Source of the DNA: Trichoplax sp. H2
Lineage: Eukaryota
Direction: 5' to 3'
Length of the DNA: 47,996 bases
Assembly: GCA_003344405.1 (NCBI GenBank)
Contig: NOWV01000225.1
Span: forward strand, 62,001 to 109,996
Below are positions 1 through 12,646 of the stretch, piece after piece (position 1 is the stretch's first letter; every line of letters begins with the position of its first letter). The position numbers and the translations under genes are program-made. The notes under the pieces were generated by a model that was not told where the DNA came from, made no database searches, and saw nothing but the letters and a program-made list of their open reading frames with translations.

Positions 1-36
1 GAAAAATCAGATGTTGAACGATGGAAATAACATAGT

Positions 37-50
37 CTCTCTCTCTCTCT
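37..50. repeat. (TC)n microsatellite
   Basis: tctctctctctct. Confidence 0.7.
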
Positions 51-1691
51 GTAGGGTCTTATGCAGTATTATAGCATTTGTAAGTAGTATCTAAAACATT
101 TCTCGATTTTTCTGTACTCCCTTGGTCATGACACTATGCCAACGACTATTAGTCGGTCGATGGATTTGACATGGTTAGGCGATTGCACTTTGATACGTGA
201 TTAGCCTATCAATTTATTTCAATTAGTCTTAAAATGTACGAATTAGTTTGCTAATCGCTGATGAATTGCTATCGTTGTGGGATTGAGTCCTAATCTCAAT
301 GAAGACAGGATGCTTAGCTATACAGTAAAATGGCAACCTACCGTAAACACGACTAGACTAAAAAATTGGCGGTAAAATTAGAAATAGAGCGCTGGCATTT
401 TGCTGCAATTGGTACGCGTGCGCATCGCTACCACAACACTGACTCAGCTCACATCACAAGTTATCAAGGTCTCTGCAACCCTAAACGATGAGGCTTGACT
501 GTTTGCTGCTCTCTCTATTTTAGTAGTTCCTTTGATCCAATACGTTTGGTCTCATGATGATGGATCATGTAGTTTTATACCGAGTGATTAGTGTATTTAT
601 ACGCATCGATATAAACATACAAAATTTGAAATTTGTAGACGATTTATTAGACGCACCAGCCTAAAATAAACATAGTACCAAATTTTAAATTCACCAGCAA
701 TATCGATCTTGCCTGGGTGCTGCATCGAATAAATCTTGACCTAAATTAGATGGTTTCAGTATGAATCAATTCCGCCTTTAAGTTCTTAAAAGCCCTTCTT
801 TCGTAGCTCTTGGTTTTAATCAAGATGTATCCATCGTCGATCAGTTTCACTGAGAAAGATGCATCCTACATATGCAAATCTAGACATGCACACACTGTAA
901 TTGTGCACAAAAGTAAGCACAATACAGTACAGCAGAATATTAATTTAGACACTCTCGCTGCGGCATCAACTACTTTTAAATATGCTGAGACGATTGAATT
1001 ACGCTTGAAATGAATAGACCAAAATCTTTCATTTCCTAGTAGTTCGATTGGCCTCCATTAATCTTGACTTAAATCTGGAAAAGTGCATTCTCATAACTAT
1101 TCAAATGTATTTGCAACATGTTCAAACAAACTGCATCTCAATTACAGAGCGAACTGTTACGAGAAGATAGATGAGCTATAAATCATCAAATGGATAAAAT
1201 ATCTTTACATCAAGAATATAAACACAGTTTAAGGATTTCCTTGAGTATCAATATAAAAGTAAAAGTCCATAATAAAAGAAAAATTACTGGTTAGGCTCTC
1301 AAATCCTCCATCTCGATAGCCTAGAATCACAATTAAGTTCAAAGTAGTCCTGACACCATGGACATTAATTAAGGTATCGATATGCATGTATCCTACGTTT
1401 AATCAGGACACGTCAACAACATTAAAAGTTGAAAAGGTCTATAAACTATAGATAAATTGTTTGTACATTTTATATGTAGTTTATAATATGTATATTGTCG
1501 GAATAATCCAGTTCATTTTTGTTGCATGAATCGAAAAAGAACTAGTAGGATAGTGAAATTGATCTCAATAATTTACTGTATTCACTTTAGATAATAATGT
1601 TATATGTATACTGCACTGGTATATACAAAATGAATGTCTTGTATTAAATCAATTCTACATACAATAATAAAAATAAAAAATATACTGTATG

Positions 1692-4600
1692 TTAATAGCC
1701 GGCTTCGTATAATTCTTCAACTTGAGAAAGTAGTTTTAGCAATGCATCCGGACAGTACGGAAACAGATCCTTTTCTTTTAATCTTTCAATGGCTAAATTT
1801 AAGCGGATTAAAACCGCCATAGTTTTATCCAAAGTGTACTCGCAGTCTCTCGTACTACTAAAAGATTCAGATGAAGATATTGATGATATACTTTGGCTGT
1901 AAAGTTCTTCCAACGATGATATTGAAGATACGTCATCACCATTCTCAGTATCTTTTGAATAATTTTCAAATGATGATAGCAAACTTATGTCGTAATGATG
2001 CTTCACGTCATGAATTTCGTTCACTGACATTGCCTGGCTAAGATCTGTCTCATTATAATGATCCCCTCTTATCTATTGTTGTAGGTAAAGTATACAGCAG
2101 TTCGTTCACATTAATAGGATAATTATTTAATAGATCAACTTATAATTAGGAATGAAGGAGTACAGCTAAACTATCACTGTTTTATGAACTATCATACCGA
2201 CCGTAAAGACATGTTCACTTACTTCAATATTAGAATGCTCGCTAACATTGATTGCCTCAATATCTGCGAGATGCTCGTTAGCAATTAGTGACGTGTCGGA
2301 AAGGCTATCATGAGCTTTACGAAAATTATCCCAGTCTTGAATTATGAATTTTAAATATTTTACGAAGCATTCTAGAAAATTAGTTTCATTGGATATCAAC
2401 ATATCCAAAAGCACTGTATGATCGTAATAAAAATATTTAATTAATAATATAAAGACCAAATCAGGTTGAAGTTGTGACATAAAGGTTTCTAAAGGAGCCA
2501 ATGCTATAGCCAACCTACAAGAATAGAAGCATAATGAAAATTAATAAAGCGGTATTTGTTATTCCGAACTAGCCGATAGTTCTACAGTGAAGTTGAGTAG
2601 TTACCTACAACTACAAGAATTTGAGAAAATTTTCACGGCAGAATAAACATCCAGAAGCCATAAAATAATTTGAACTAAAGAATCGTCTTCATCAATAAAA
2701 GTATTGACCAAAGTTTTCGCTAGACCAGTTGTATCGTTGCAATTATCCTGACTAGTAGACATAGCATTACCAGTTGCGACAATATCATGAAAAACATGTA
2801 GATAGTATATGATGCTTTCTATGGACCGAAAAACTAAGTCTTCATCAGTTTGGCCTATAACAATATGATACCGTTTAAAAGCAGTTTTTATGAGCCAATA
2901 TACCATGAATACACGGAATATAAACTTAAAGTAGTAACGAATTGTACCTGTAGATTTGTTTACTTCACAGCTTAAAACGATCCGTAGACTTGCAAAAAGG
3001 CATAACATCAACTTCCGAAGCAGACTACTGCTACAAGCGTAATCATTCATAACTGACTTGCCAATTTTAGAACCTGCTTCATTACGTGCCGAGTGATAAA
3101 AGCCAGAAAACAACGAAATATTTTGCATAGCGATAATATACTTTGATGATAAATTTTCACGATTATCGACGATATCTTTTAAGCAATTTACCGTCAACTC
3201 TAGTAATACCAAATTGATGGTTTTCAATCTATTGGGTAAATTCAAATTATAAAAGGAAAAAATTTCGATAAATATATCTAGAGTCCTTCTCAGAATTAAA
3301 TGATGAATAAAGTCTTTTTTTAGTATTTCCGGAATTTGAGAAAGTCTTATGTTTTCTAGAATTATGTCCATTTGCTGCGTTGAGGAATCATGCTTTCTAG
3401 ATACTCGTCTTACGCATTCCATTACTAAATTAAGAAATGATACTGTATGCAATTCAATGTCTTGCTTGGCATTGCTGCTGCTGTGGAAAGATGTATCAGA
3501 TAGCAGTAGGTTCATATCAACCAGCTTCAACATCAATTGCCAATTATCCATCACAAATGCAGTAGTACAGCCAGCAATAACTATGAATAACACAGTACAA
3601 AGCAGTATATGTAAGCGGACCATGCAACAATTTTACGATATCGAGGTCTACAATATAGAGCAAATGCTATACATTACATTGGATGTAGTTGTTGTCCGTA
3701 ATAGCTTGAATGTTTCCTTCCTTACTACAGACCTCTCGGCAATTGTGGAGAACTTGTTTTAGGAAATCTAATGTTTGTGTGATCCTGGTAGTAGATGGAA
3801 TTTGCAGGGTGACATCGAAGATCATTTGCAGGATTTGCTGAATAGCAGCCGTCGGGAACTGACATAATCCGGAGTATATTTTGTGTTTAAACAGAATTAT
3901 AAAGGTTATAGCGTTATAATCAGAGAATATTTGCATACGTATTTACAATCCGCTTCGTTAAGTAGCTATCATTTCAGATGGTAAACACTATAATTCTGAT
4001 GAATAGTTGCATTTCTGTTCAAATCATTATACCTTACTGTACTATCATATACAGTATTTGATATTTACGACCACAACTAACATATCACTACAGACATCGT
4101 CGTAGACAGCTACTACAAGTGTATTCTTACTTTCTAATAAAAGTGTAAATTTAATGGTTCCATTATTAACTGTAATTCTCTTCTGATAATAGATTGTCCA
4201 TTACCTTATAGCAAAAGATGGCATTAAGTATTGTTCGTGATGTGCTATATAACAGCAACTTGTTATCCGATTTGGAGTAATAATATTCCATCTAGATAAA
4301 GAGTACAAATAGACCATTCCGTTACATAATAGTAAATTATGACGACAATTGCATTGAAGCAAAGAAAATGATCTAAAAAGGAATTCATCTCTATAATACT
4401 ATTTAAGGAATTACTGGTATGATTCAACTTACTAATTTAGGGATTAGTCCCTCGCTAATAACCTTATTGCATATACAAGTTAGATGATCCTCGGGGTGGG
4501 CAGCATGTTGAAATAGCTCGGTGATAGTTGATAATTTCGCAGATATATTAATCAATCTTTCTGAATCATCCTAAGATATAAAATCATGCTTTACTATCGA

Positions 4601-4953
4601 TTGAAGATGAAAAAGATGTGTGATACAGTATGCGTATACTGTACTGTACTCTTAAATTAAAGTAACATCATTTGAAACAATTTCAATCAAATTTTTATTT
4701 TTTTGTAGCCCTGTACCGCTGTTCCAATAATACTGTAGCGTATATGTATTCTATTCTCTACCTGGATTGGTATAGGTAAGAGGAGTTTTGTAGTTTCCAC
4801 TAAATTGAGATCCTGGGGTTTGTTGATAATTGCATAAGAAATATTGGAAAGAGTCTTAAGATAAGTTTGATCGTTGTCGTACATTGCCATGAACTTGTTT
4901 ACCAAAATCGATATGTTAAGCAGTACGAATTTCTTATCATCATAGGGTGAGGT
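1692..4953 (-). CDS. LINS1: Protein Lines homolog (LINS1/WINS-like), multi-exon; 5' end uncertain
   Basis: C-terminal Lines motifs 'YDHTVLLDMLISNETNFLECFVKYLKFI' and 'LIRLNLAIERLKEKDLFPY'; N-terminal exon 'YSKSDNKLLLYSTSRTILNAIFCYK' resembles the Lines_N region. GT-AG exons on the minus strand: 4762-4953, 4463-4570, ~4205-4291, ~3680-3858, 2948-3580, 2605-2854, 2223-2514, 1692-2072. Start codon not resolved. Confidence 0.85.
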
Positions 4954-6243
4954 CTATGATTCTTATATACAGGATTGTAGCCCTAAATATGGATTATATA
5001 GAGATCTTGAAGCTCATAGAAGCATTTACCTAATAATTCTGCCGCTAATACACTTGCATGCCCAATCATTAATAATTATGCACAAGGGATTGCCGGAAGG
5101 AGGTTTTACAAGTGCTCCTAAACCTTATGCTATAGTGTATAAATATAAGCGATCAACTCATGGTACAGTATGAAAACTGGTGTCTGATTTGATTTTTACT
5201 ATGCCACTATCATGATATCATACACAGCGCATAAATATTCCCTTTCAACACTACTCGATCCCTATTTTAAGCTACTGTATGGAACAGTATATTAAAATTA
5301 TCGTCGATCCAATCCATCGCTTGTATTTACAGTTAATCCATTGAATATTATTCCTCGCCACTCTGCAGAAAGCTGGCAAGTGCTGCAAACATAATATTGC
5401 AAAAGGTGGCTTGTTAATATTACTGGATATAGATTGGATGCAGTACGGTGTACGGTAAAGAACAGAGAAATAGCAGGATGACAGGCAAGTTCGATGATTT
5501 TTCTTGCAACAGATTCGATTATATTAATACTTAAATTAGATCCTTGTATTAGCTGAAGATCGATAAGACTAAAGGCTCTATACTGTTGCATGGCGGTATA
5601 AGCTGATCAATACTGCAAGCTTAACTTAAATTTTGCAAAAGTGACTTGTAAATATTACCTGATATACTGGTAGATTTGATGCGATACAGTACACGATAGA
5701 GGTGCAGACAAATAGCGGCATAATATGGTCCATTGGATGGCTTTAACCCTGGCATACGAATGCGTTCCTCGACATCCAATAACGTAACAGATAATTAGAT
5801 ATTGGCTAAAAGATGATGAGACGAAGGGATTTATACAAACACTACTACTGTAGTTACTGCTTGGTTATGAAAGCCTTTATGGTGGTTAAAACTACAACAT
5901 TATTGCTGCATCAGTTATTACGTTATCAATTTGCACGCAATCCGCCATGTACTCTAAACCATGGTGTAGGTATAGAGCTATCAGCTAACATCGAAGAGTT
6001 GCTGCAAAGCCATGAAAGTTCATATTATGTGCAAAGTGCAATGTAATGCATAACTTGACTTATTATATTGTTAATTACCATGCAGTATGAGCTATGGTAT
6101 AGCTACTGAGCTGTTCAATTGATACAATCCTACTATCTGTAGAGGGCTGTTCTTGCTGACCCAAATTATAGTTGGTGCCTGAAGTTTCTACCCTCTATCA
6201 CAAATACTTACCTTGTACTCGCATATTTTATTGTTATACACAG

Positions 6244-7043
6244 ACCAAGAAAGGAAACCAAAAGTTGGAGTAGGCGTTGTGGTCACAAATCCTAAATATC
6301 CAAATTGTGTGTTGGTTGGTAAAAGAAAAGGTAGCTACGGCGATGGGCATTATGCCTTACCAGGAGGACATTTGGAATTCGGGTAAATTATATTAGCAGT
6401 GCAGTACACCACAAGAATTTTTTCCATACAAACACAGTGATGAACGATGTCTGACTATTGCTTTAAGCAAACTTGTAATATAAGTAAAATTCGATTTTGT
6501 CTGCAGGGAATCTTTTATTGCTTGTGCAAAGAGGGAGTTGCTGGAAGAAACTGATTTACAGTTACAAAATTGTACCATCGAAACTACCGTGAATGTGGTC
6601 GACCTAGAAAATAACAGTCATTTTGTTGTAATCCTAGTCAAAGGATGTGTTGATGAAGATAGCCAAGTCAAATTAATGGAACCACACCGTTGTGAAGGTA
6701 ATTGAGTTCATTAATATCATCTGCAACTGCTAATGCTGTAATTCGTATCTTTCGGGTAGAAATAAGGGACTAAGAAGAGTATTAGCAGGCTCTAATTTTG
6801 ATTTTCTCTGATAAGATTATCAGATATTCCAATTTATCTATTCCTATCGACACTGTAGTCATCCTATGTACTGTATTTTCATTACTGATTAATACGTATA
6901 AAGTATTTCCTAATTGCTCCCATTTTTTTATAGGATGGCAATGGAACAGTTGGGATAACTTTCCTCAACCTTCCTTTATACCTATTAAAATTGCGAAGGA
7001 ACATGGCTATCATCCTTTTAAAAATACCAAAGGCTTAGAATAA
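6244..7043 (+). CDS. NUDT15: Nudix hydrolase, NUDT15/MTH2-like (first coding exon not located)
   Basis: Exons 6244-6382, 6527-6697, 6933-7043 splice to '[61 protein letters not shown]...[19 protein letters not shown]', containing the Nudix box GX5EX7REUXEE and the NUDT15-type 'GVGVVV' and 'EP.KCE.W.W..W' motifs. Confidence 0.88.
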
Positions 7044-7692
7044 CGGAATTGGATTATTACAGTACTACACTTACTGTCTGTCTGCATTATAGTCTGTACA
7101 AGACCACTCTTGTCAATAACTTTATAGATCTGTGTTGTTTGAACACTTTGTATTCATGGTAGAAATACTAAAGATCGATCTTAAATTATGTGTACTTATC
7201 TGCACTATGTGAATTTTCGAAACTTTTTAATAAAGATCTATATTTAGACGATTCCGACACGGATAGTGAACTTAAGCTTACTAATCGTCTTGAAGAACCG
7301 TAAATTGTACTACTTATAGTGAATACTGTGCATAAATAAGAAGAACTATTACAGTCTATCAGGCATACTAGAGTTTTTACCAATATTCATTTATTGATGT
7401 TTATAAAATTGAAGCATTTGATATTACAGTAAACGAAGTCGTTAAATCATCATTTCATAGTATTCATACAATTCCTACGTTTATAGCATGCGAGTAGATC
7501 AAATAGTACTATTATGGCCTATTTCAGTCTAGTGCAACTTTAAATTAGTATCCTATAAGAGCAAACATGCCAGCATCTTTCTGTCTTTCTTTGCAGATCA
7601 TAGCTAGTCTTCAGATTAATTATAGACACAGAATATAATCATTTAATACCGTACATTGGTGAAAGTTAAATCAGATACATAGTTAGGCATTA

Positions 7693-9986
7693 CTAATCTT
7701 TCCATTTCCTTAAATTGATGCGAGGGATAGTATTGCAATCAACAAAAGCATTGCCGGTTGTATTATAATCGCGGAATACGTCTTCCTGTATCCGAGTTAT
7801 ACCATCACTGTTGTCGCAAATAACTCTTGCTAACGAAGATTGCTTTATCTGCCTTAATTGTTGAGAAGTGAAAACTCCTGGTTTTTCATACCAAAATCGA
7901 TCACCATCTCGAATTTTAATAAATTGCTTTGCAATAATGCAGGCAAATGTTGGTCCCATTACACCTTTACGAATGTTCTTTTCACTAACACCACCTACCC
8001 ATAAGTCAATATCATTTGGATGATCATATACCTGAGCTAGTTTAGCAATAGTTTTACGATCAATTTCACCAGATAATTGTGAGAATCTCCTTGCTTTTCT
8101 TAATCCACATCGCTTTCTCCAGGTATTATAACTAGGCAGACCAAAATCTCGGCCACGTTGGATATTTAATGAAGCTAAATCCATTGCCATTTGATGATCT
8201 ACTTCAAAGAGATGATCCGTTACTTCCTTAGAGACCAAACGACTTGGCGACTTTAGTTTTCCGTATTTACCAGTTATGCCTCTTAAAATGGGATCAATTC
8301 CACCTTCGTTGAGAATTCGATGTGGTGCAAAAAAAGCATCTTTCAAACGGATACTTCCTTGTGGTATTGTCTGGTAATTGCTATCTAAACGATGCAGTAC
8401 TGGATTGATAAGTGTATGTCCAATGCGGAAAGCTGCAGCTGCAAAAGAAGCCATTATTGAAGGATCCACTCGTTTCTTATAACCGGAATAATCTGGTATC
8501 AACGTAGGAAAGGTAACTCCTAGCAATTTTGGAAGATAGTGGTAGAAAATAACGTGTTGATTTTGAGCGATGACAATCTTGCGAGTTTCCTGATACACTC
8601 GATCAGAGTTCCACCTTGGATTGATTCTTGCCAATCTCTTAGCAATACGGTTGTGCTCTCGAACCCAAATGGTATGGATTGCTGTCAGACCTATCTGAAC
8701 ATTAGCTCTTTTATCGCCTGCTAAAAAGCATGGCTTCAGGATATCGCTAGGTTGGCACTCTGTTTGCCCCTTTTTAGCAAATGGCAATAGAAATTTACCA
8801 CGACCGACGCGTTTACCTACCTTTAATAGGCCTTTCGATCGACGCTTACGCAATAAATTGGATTCCTTTTTCGATGATCCATAGACATTGGACGAATCAA
8901 TAAATGCTGTAATACCATTTATTTGCTCTCGTGGCCGAGCAGATCCGTAGACAATACTTGTTAATCCTGTACCACAAGCAGCAGCTGCGCGTGTAAAATG
9001 TAAGCATTTCTCGCAAGAAAATTTACTATCTTGCTTGCTGACAGGTATAGGAAAGCAATGGCTATATTTCTTACAACTTTGACTACAAATTTTTTCAATT
9101 TTTTTATCTACGGTAACTGTTAAAGTTAGATCATGGTCAATAAATTGACCCCAATGCATCATTAAATCGGTATATCTTGATGATAGTTTAATTTTTCTTG
9201 ACGAAATTACGCGATTAGATACCAATCTTGGGCTTGGTAGATAGTTTGCATGGCTCCAACCAACAGGCTTGTTAATATAGTTAGCATATCTTGATGGTAT
9301 AGCGCGGCGAAAAAGGGTTGGAGCTGCACCCCATGTTGTTTGACGGAAATTGTTACAGGTGCCGTCTTCAGTTCGATATAAACGATTAAACTTATTCTTG
9401 CGACATCTTTTAGGTTTCAAAACAGGCTTGCAACTAGAAACTTTGGACAGTATTTGCTCGTGAATTGGAGTCGATGAGCGTACACTAATAGTACTAAAAT
9501 TAGCACTACTGCTTTTTTCGTCTTCATGACGCAGCCGTTTCAACAGAAATTCATAAAATTTTTCAGGTGAATTGGCAACTAATTCCCTCTTTTTTCTTGG
9601 ATATGGAATTCCATTTGCATTGATGAAACAGCAACGATAATCATAAATGTGATAGTTTTTGATTAAACTGTATGCTTTGCAGATCCGTATAACTCTGTAA
9701 ATCGTAACAACAAAGAATAGAAGGAGAAATTCTTTAAAATAATTCTATTTCAATACAATATTAGAGTTAGGTTAGTGCGAGTTTTTTAAGAAAAATTATG
9801 CAATACCCTAATGCAGATTTCGTTAATTTGTTAACGAATTTTGTATACTTACTCAAGATTTTGAAGCGATTGATTGCTACATGGACATCGACATCGAGGT
9901 TGCGATAACTGCACATCAGTAGCTATAACATTGGCAAAAATGAATGATAATGCGAGAAATTTTAACATTATTTGAAATTTCTTCAT
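7693..9986 (-). CDS. Secreted animal heme peroxidase (peroxidasin-like catalytic domain only), 2 exons, ~711 aa
   Basis: Exon 1 9853-9986 (signal peptide MKKFQIMLKFLALSFIFANVIA), GT-AG intron 9695-9852, exon 2 7693-9694 in frame with the 616-aa ORF. Motifs: YRT.DGTCNN, WGQFIDHD (distal His), TAFIDSSNVYG (Ca site), AGDKRAN (distal Arg), AFRIGH (proximal His), LNIQRGRD, RDGDRFWYE. Confidence 0.93.
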
Positions 9987-10050
9987 GGCTGAAAATCTTC
10001 CTACGGATTGTAAAGCGCTATAACAAATTAGGAGCTGATTGAGGTAGCTG

Positions 10051-10058
10051 CTTTTATA
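10051..10058 (-). promoter_or_regulatory. Candidate TATA box of the peroxidase gene
   Basis: TATAAAAG on the minus strand ~65 bp upstream of the ATG at 9986. Confidence 0.5.
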
Positions 10059-12646
10059 CCTTTGACCAACACCATCGTCAACGTCAAATTAGCAGCGAGT
10101 TATGTCCCAAAAATGCGTAACACCATTTGGAATGCCCAAATTAAAGCGTGATCTAATTAAGAAAACAAACATTTACTCTCATGACTAGCGTGATTAATTA
10201 ACCAATTTAACACTACAGTTAGTTCATTGATTGATGGGATCAGTGATATTTTCTTCTTACCCTATGTACTCCTTCAAACTAGTGCAATAGAGCCAAGAGA
10301 TCTGCGGGCAGTCAAAATTCTCATACTGTTAATGGTAGGGTATGTCGCAAATTTAAAGTATATAGAAAAAATTGGGAAAGCGATTCTGTATTAAACATGG
10401 CATGAAAATAGAAAGAACTAGCTTTATAACGATATACGTTGGTAGAAATGCCATGCATTGCACGAATACTTATGGCTCCAAGATTAGGATATATTAGATT
10501 AAACGATGGTTATAGGATCAATCTCTGTTTCCTAATAAGACAAATTATCGGATAAGGCGATATCCTGAGAAAATTTTTCATTTCTAATATTTACTTTACA
10601 GTCGATAGCAGCTCATAGCACGATATTCATTGATTCAATTCTCATATGTTAACAGTGAAACTCCATCTCAGGGAAGGAATTGAAGGATCAAATTTATTTT
10701 TGAAACCTACTCAGTGCGCTGTCTGTATTCTGTAATAACTACCGCACGCCAAATAAACTTCAGATGTCGGGCTTCTAGACGAGCTGCGCATAGTGTACGC
10801 GTAGACGGCCATTGCGCCGAGCTAATAGCATCAAAATAAACTACTCTGCTACTTCATAAAAATACCGAAGAAAGCAAATGAGAATGGCCCCTAAAATGAA
10901 AAGCTCTAAAAAATAACCTGAGTAGTCAATATTTTTAATTGCCTAATCTACCAAGGATGATTTCCTTAGCCCTCACTAGCTAAATTCTGATTGGATTTAG
11001 CTGTAGTAAAGGGTAATGGAGCATAGAATGGCAATACGCCTATCATGGCCAACAGATGAAATTTTATCATTTTGAATTGTGCATTGATTTTTACTATAGT
11101 AAGATGCTAGATGTAAAGCCATCGGTCAGGAACATAACGAATAGATTTTTAATTTGCCTGTAAAGGTTGCCCATTACTTTAAAAATAGACGTAAGTTACT
11201 GAGCATATCTTACGCTTGTTCATAAGCAAATTGAACGCAATGCCTGAATGTGAAGATTTCCATCTTATGATTTTAGTAAACTATGTCAGAATAAGACGAT
11301 AATTATTTATATCGTTTTACGCAAAATACTGAACCTGTTAATACTATATCTTGGTTAATTTCTGGTATTTGTCAAAAAATTAAGCTGTAGTTTATATCGG
11401 CTTCTGGCATAAATAGGTAAAAGCTGCTCAAGAAATAGTCTCGGCACCATGATGAGTATCTTTAATCAGCTACATCATTTGGGTAGTAAAATTCAAATCT
11501 TAAAAGAACTGAAATAATTCCACGTATGAAACTTTTTATAGTGTAGGCAATTCAAAAAATTGTAATTTCTCTCTTTAGATCTATTTTTATTCTACGAAGG
11601 GTTCGTACTTACGAATACTTTATCTAATAAAGCAATGCAAACTACAGTTACGAATAGTTTACATACAGTAGTGAGAGAATGCAGAGTTTACATAAATTTA
11701 CTCTTGAATAATGACGCCATTATTTTTCCTTGAGTGTTGGCCCGTAATTTTCCTGTAGCATTCAGTTTTTGGAGTGCTATAGGTAATTTACATATACTGT
11801 ATGTATAGTATCCATTAAAGGTTTACAGTACAGTTACAAGGTTTTGATTCTGTAGTAATTTCAAAAAGTGAAACAGGCTAAAACCGAGGATCGATAGAGT
11901 GTGTAATTGCAATTTGATTTCGTAAAGCTGTGGCGGAACATCCTCCTATATAAAAGATTTTGTGCCTTGCGTATTTTGCCTGAATGCTTATCCTTTTTTT
12001 TATTATAAATAGCAACTACCAGCTTTCGAAATGGGAGATTAGAAAAGAAATTATAAGTCTAAATTATAATAATGGTTTACTTTGCTTAGTTTTTTAGGGA
12101 AAATGGGTTCACTTATGCCAAATCTGCTATCGTACAGTAGGTACTTCAATATAAGGATAGGAGTATACCGGATTTGCTGTAATGAAACACTCGCAGTTGA
12201 GGAGAACAACTGATGAGAGAACAAAATTTGTTGCAAAGAGTAAGATATCATCCATTAATTATGTATTCAATTCGGAAAATGTGCCGGTTTAGCATCATTC
12301 CTTCTCAGGTATATCTTGAAATCACGATTGGTTCCGTCTTAATAGCAAGTTACTTTGAATCAATACTGCTAACAACGTTTTTTCAAATTTGCTGTCATAT
12401 AAGAATTTCAATATAGTGAGAGAAAGAGTACATCGAATTTGTTATAATGAATGCTGGTTGGCCAGGCGGGTCCTCTACATTAATATAGCAATAAGAAAAT
12501 AATAATTCCTATGACAGAATAAGATTGGTTGTAAGAAATAAAGATGTCTGCTGCTGATTATTACATCCGTGTTCAGATCTGGAAATGAAGTTAATTCAAG
12601 ACAAATATGTTTCTTCTCGGGCACAATCTTGCAATTCATGTTTTAT

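Noticed and set aside
845..865. TGA-x-x-Cys (UxxC-like) suggesting a selenoprotein
   Set aside because: A TAG follows within a few codons, the upstream frame is disrupted, and no SECIS was recognised.
3349..3762. Antisense ORFs (also 8539-8724, 27399-27590, 30205-30534, 36950-37195, 40903-41142)
   Set aside because: Shadows of real coding exons on the opposite strand with no recognisable motifs.
5030..5900. Additional upstream LINS1 exons or a separate gene
   Set aside because: Splice-like signals exist, but I could not build a phase-consistent open path; possibly 5' UTR exons.
10735..10835. GC-richer island as a possible tRNA or ncRNA
   Set aside because: No cloverleaf or A/B boxes recognised.
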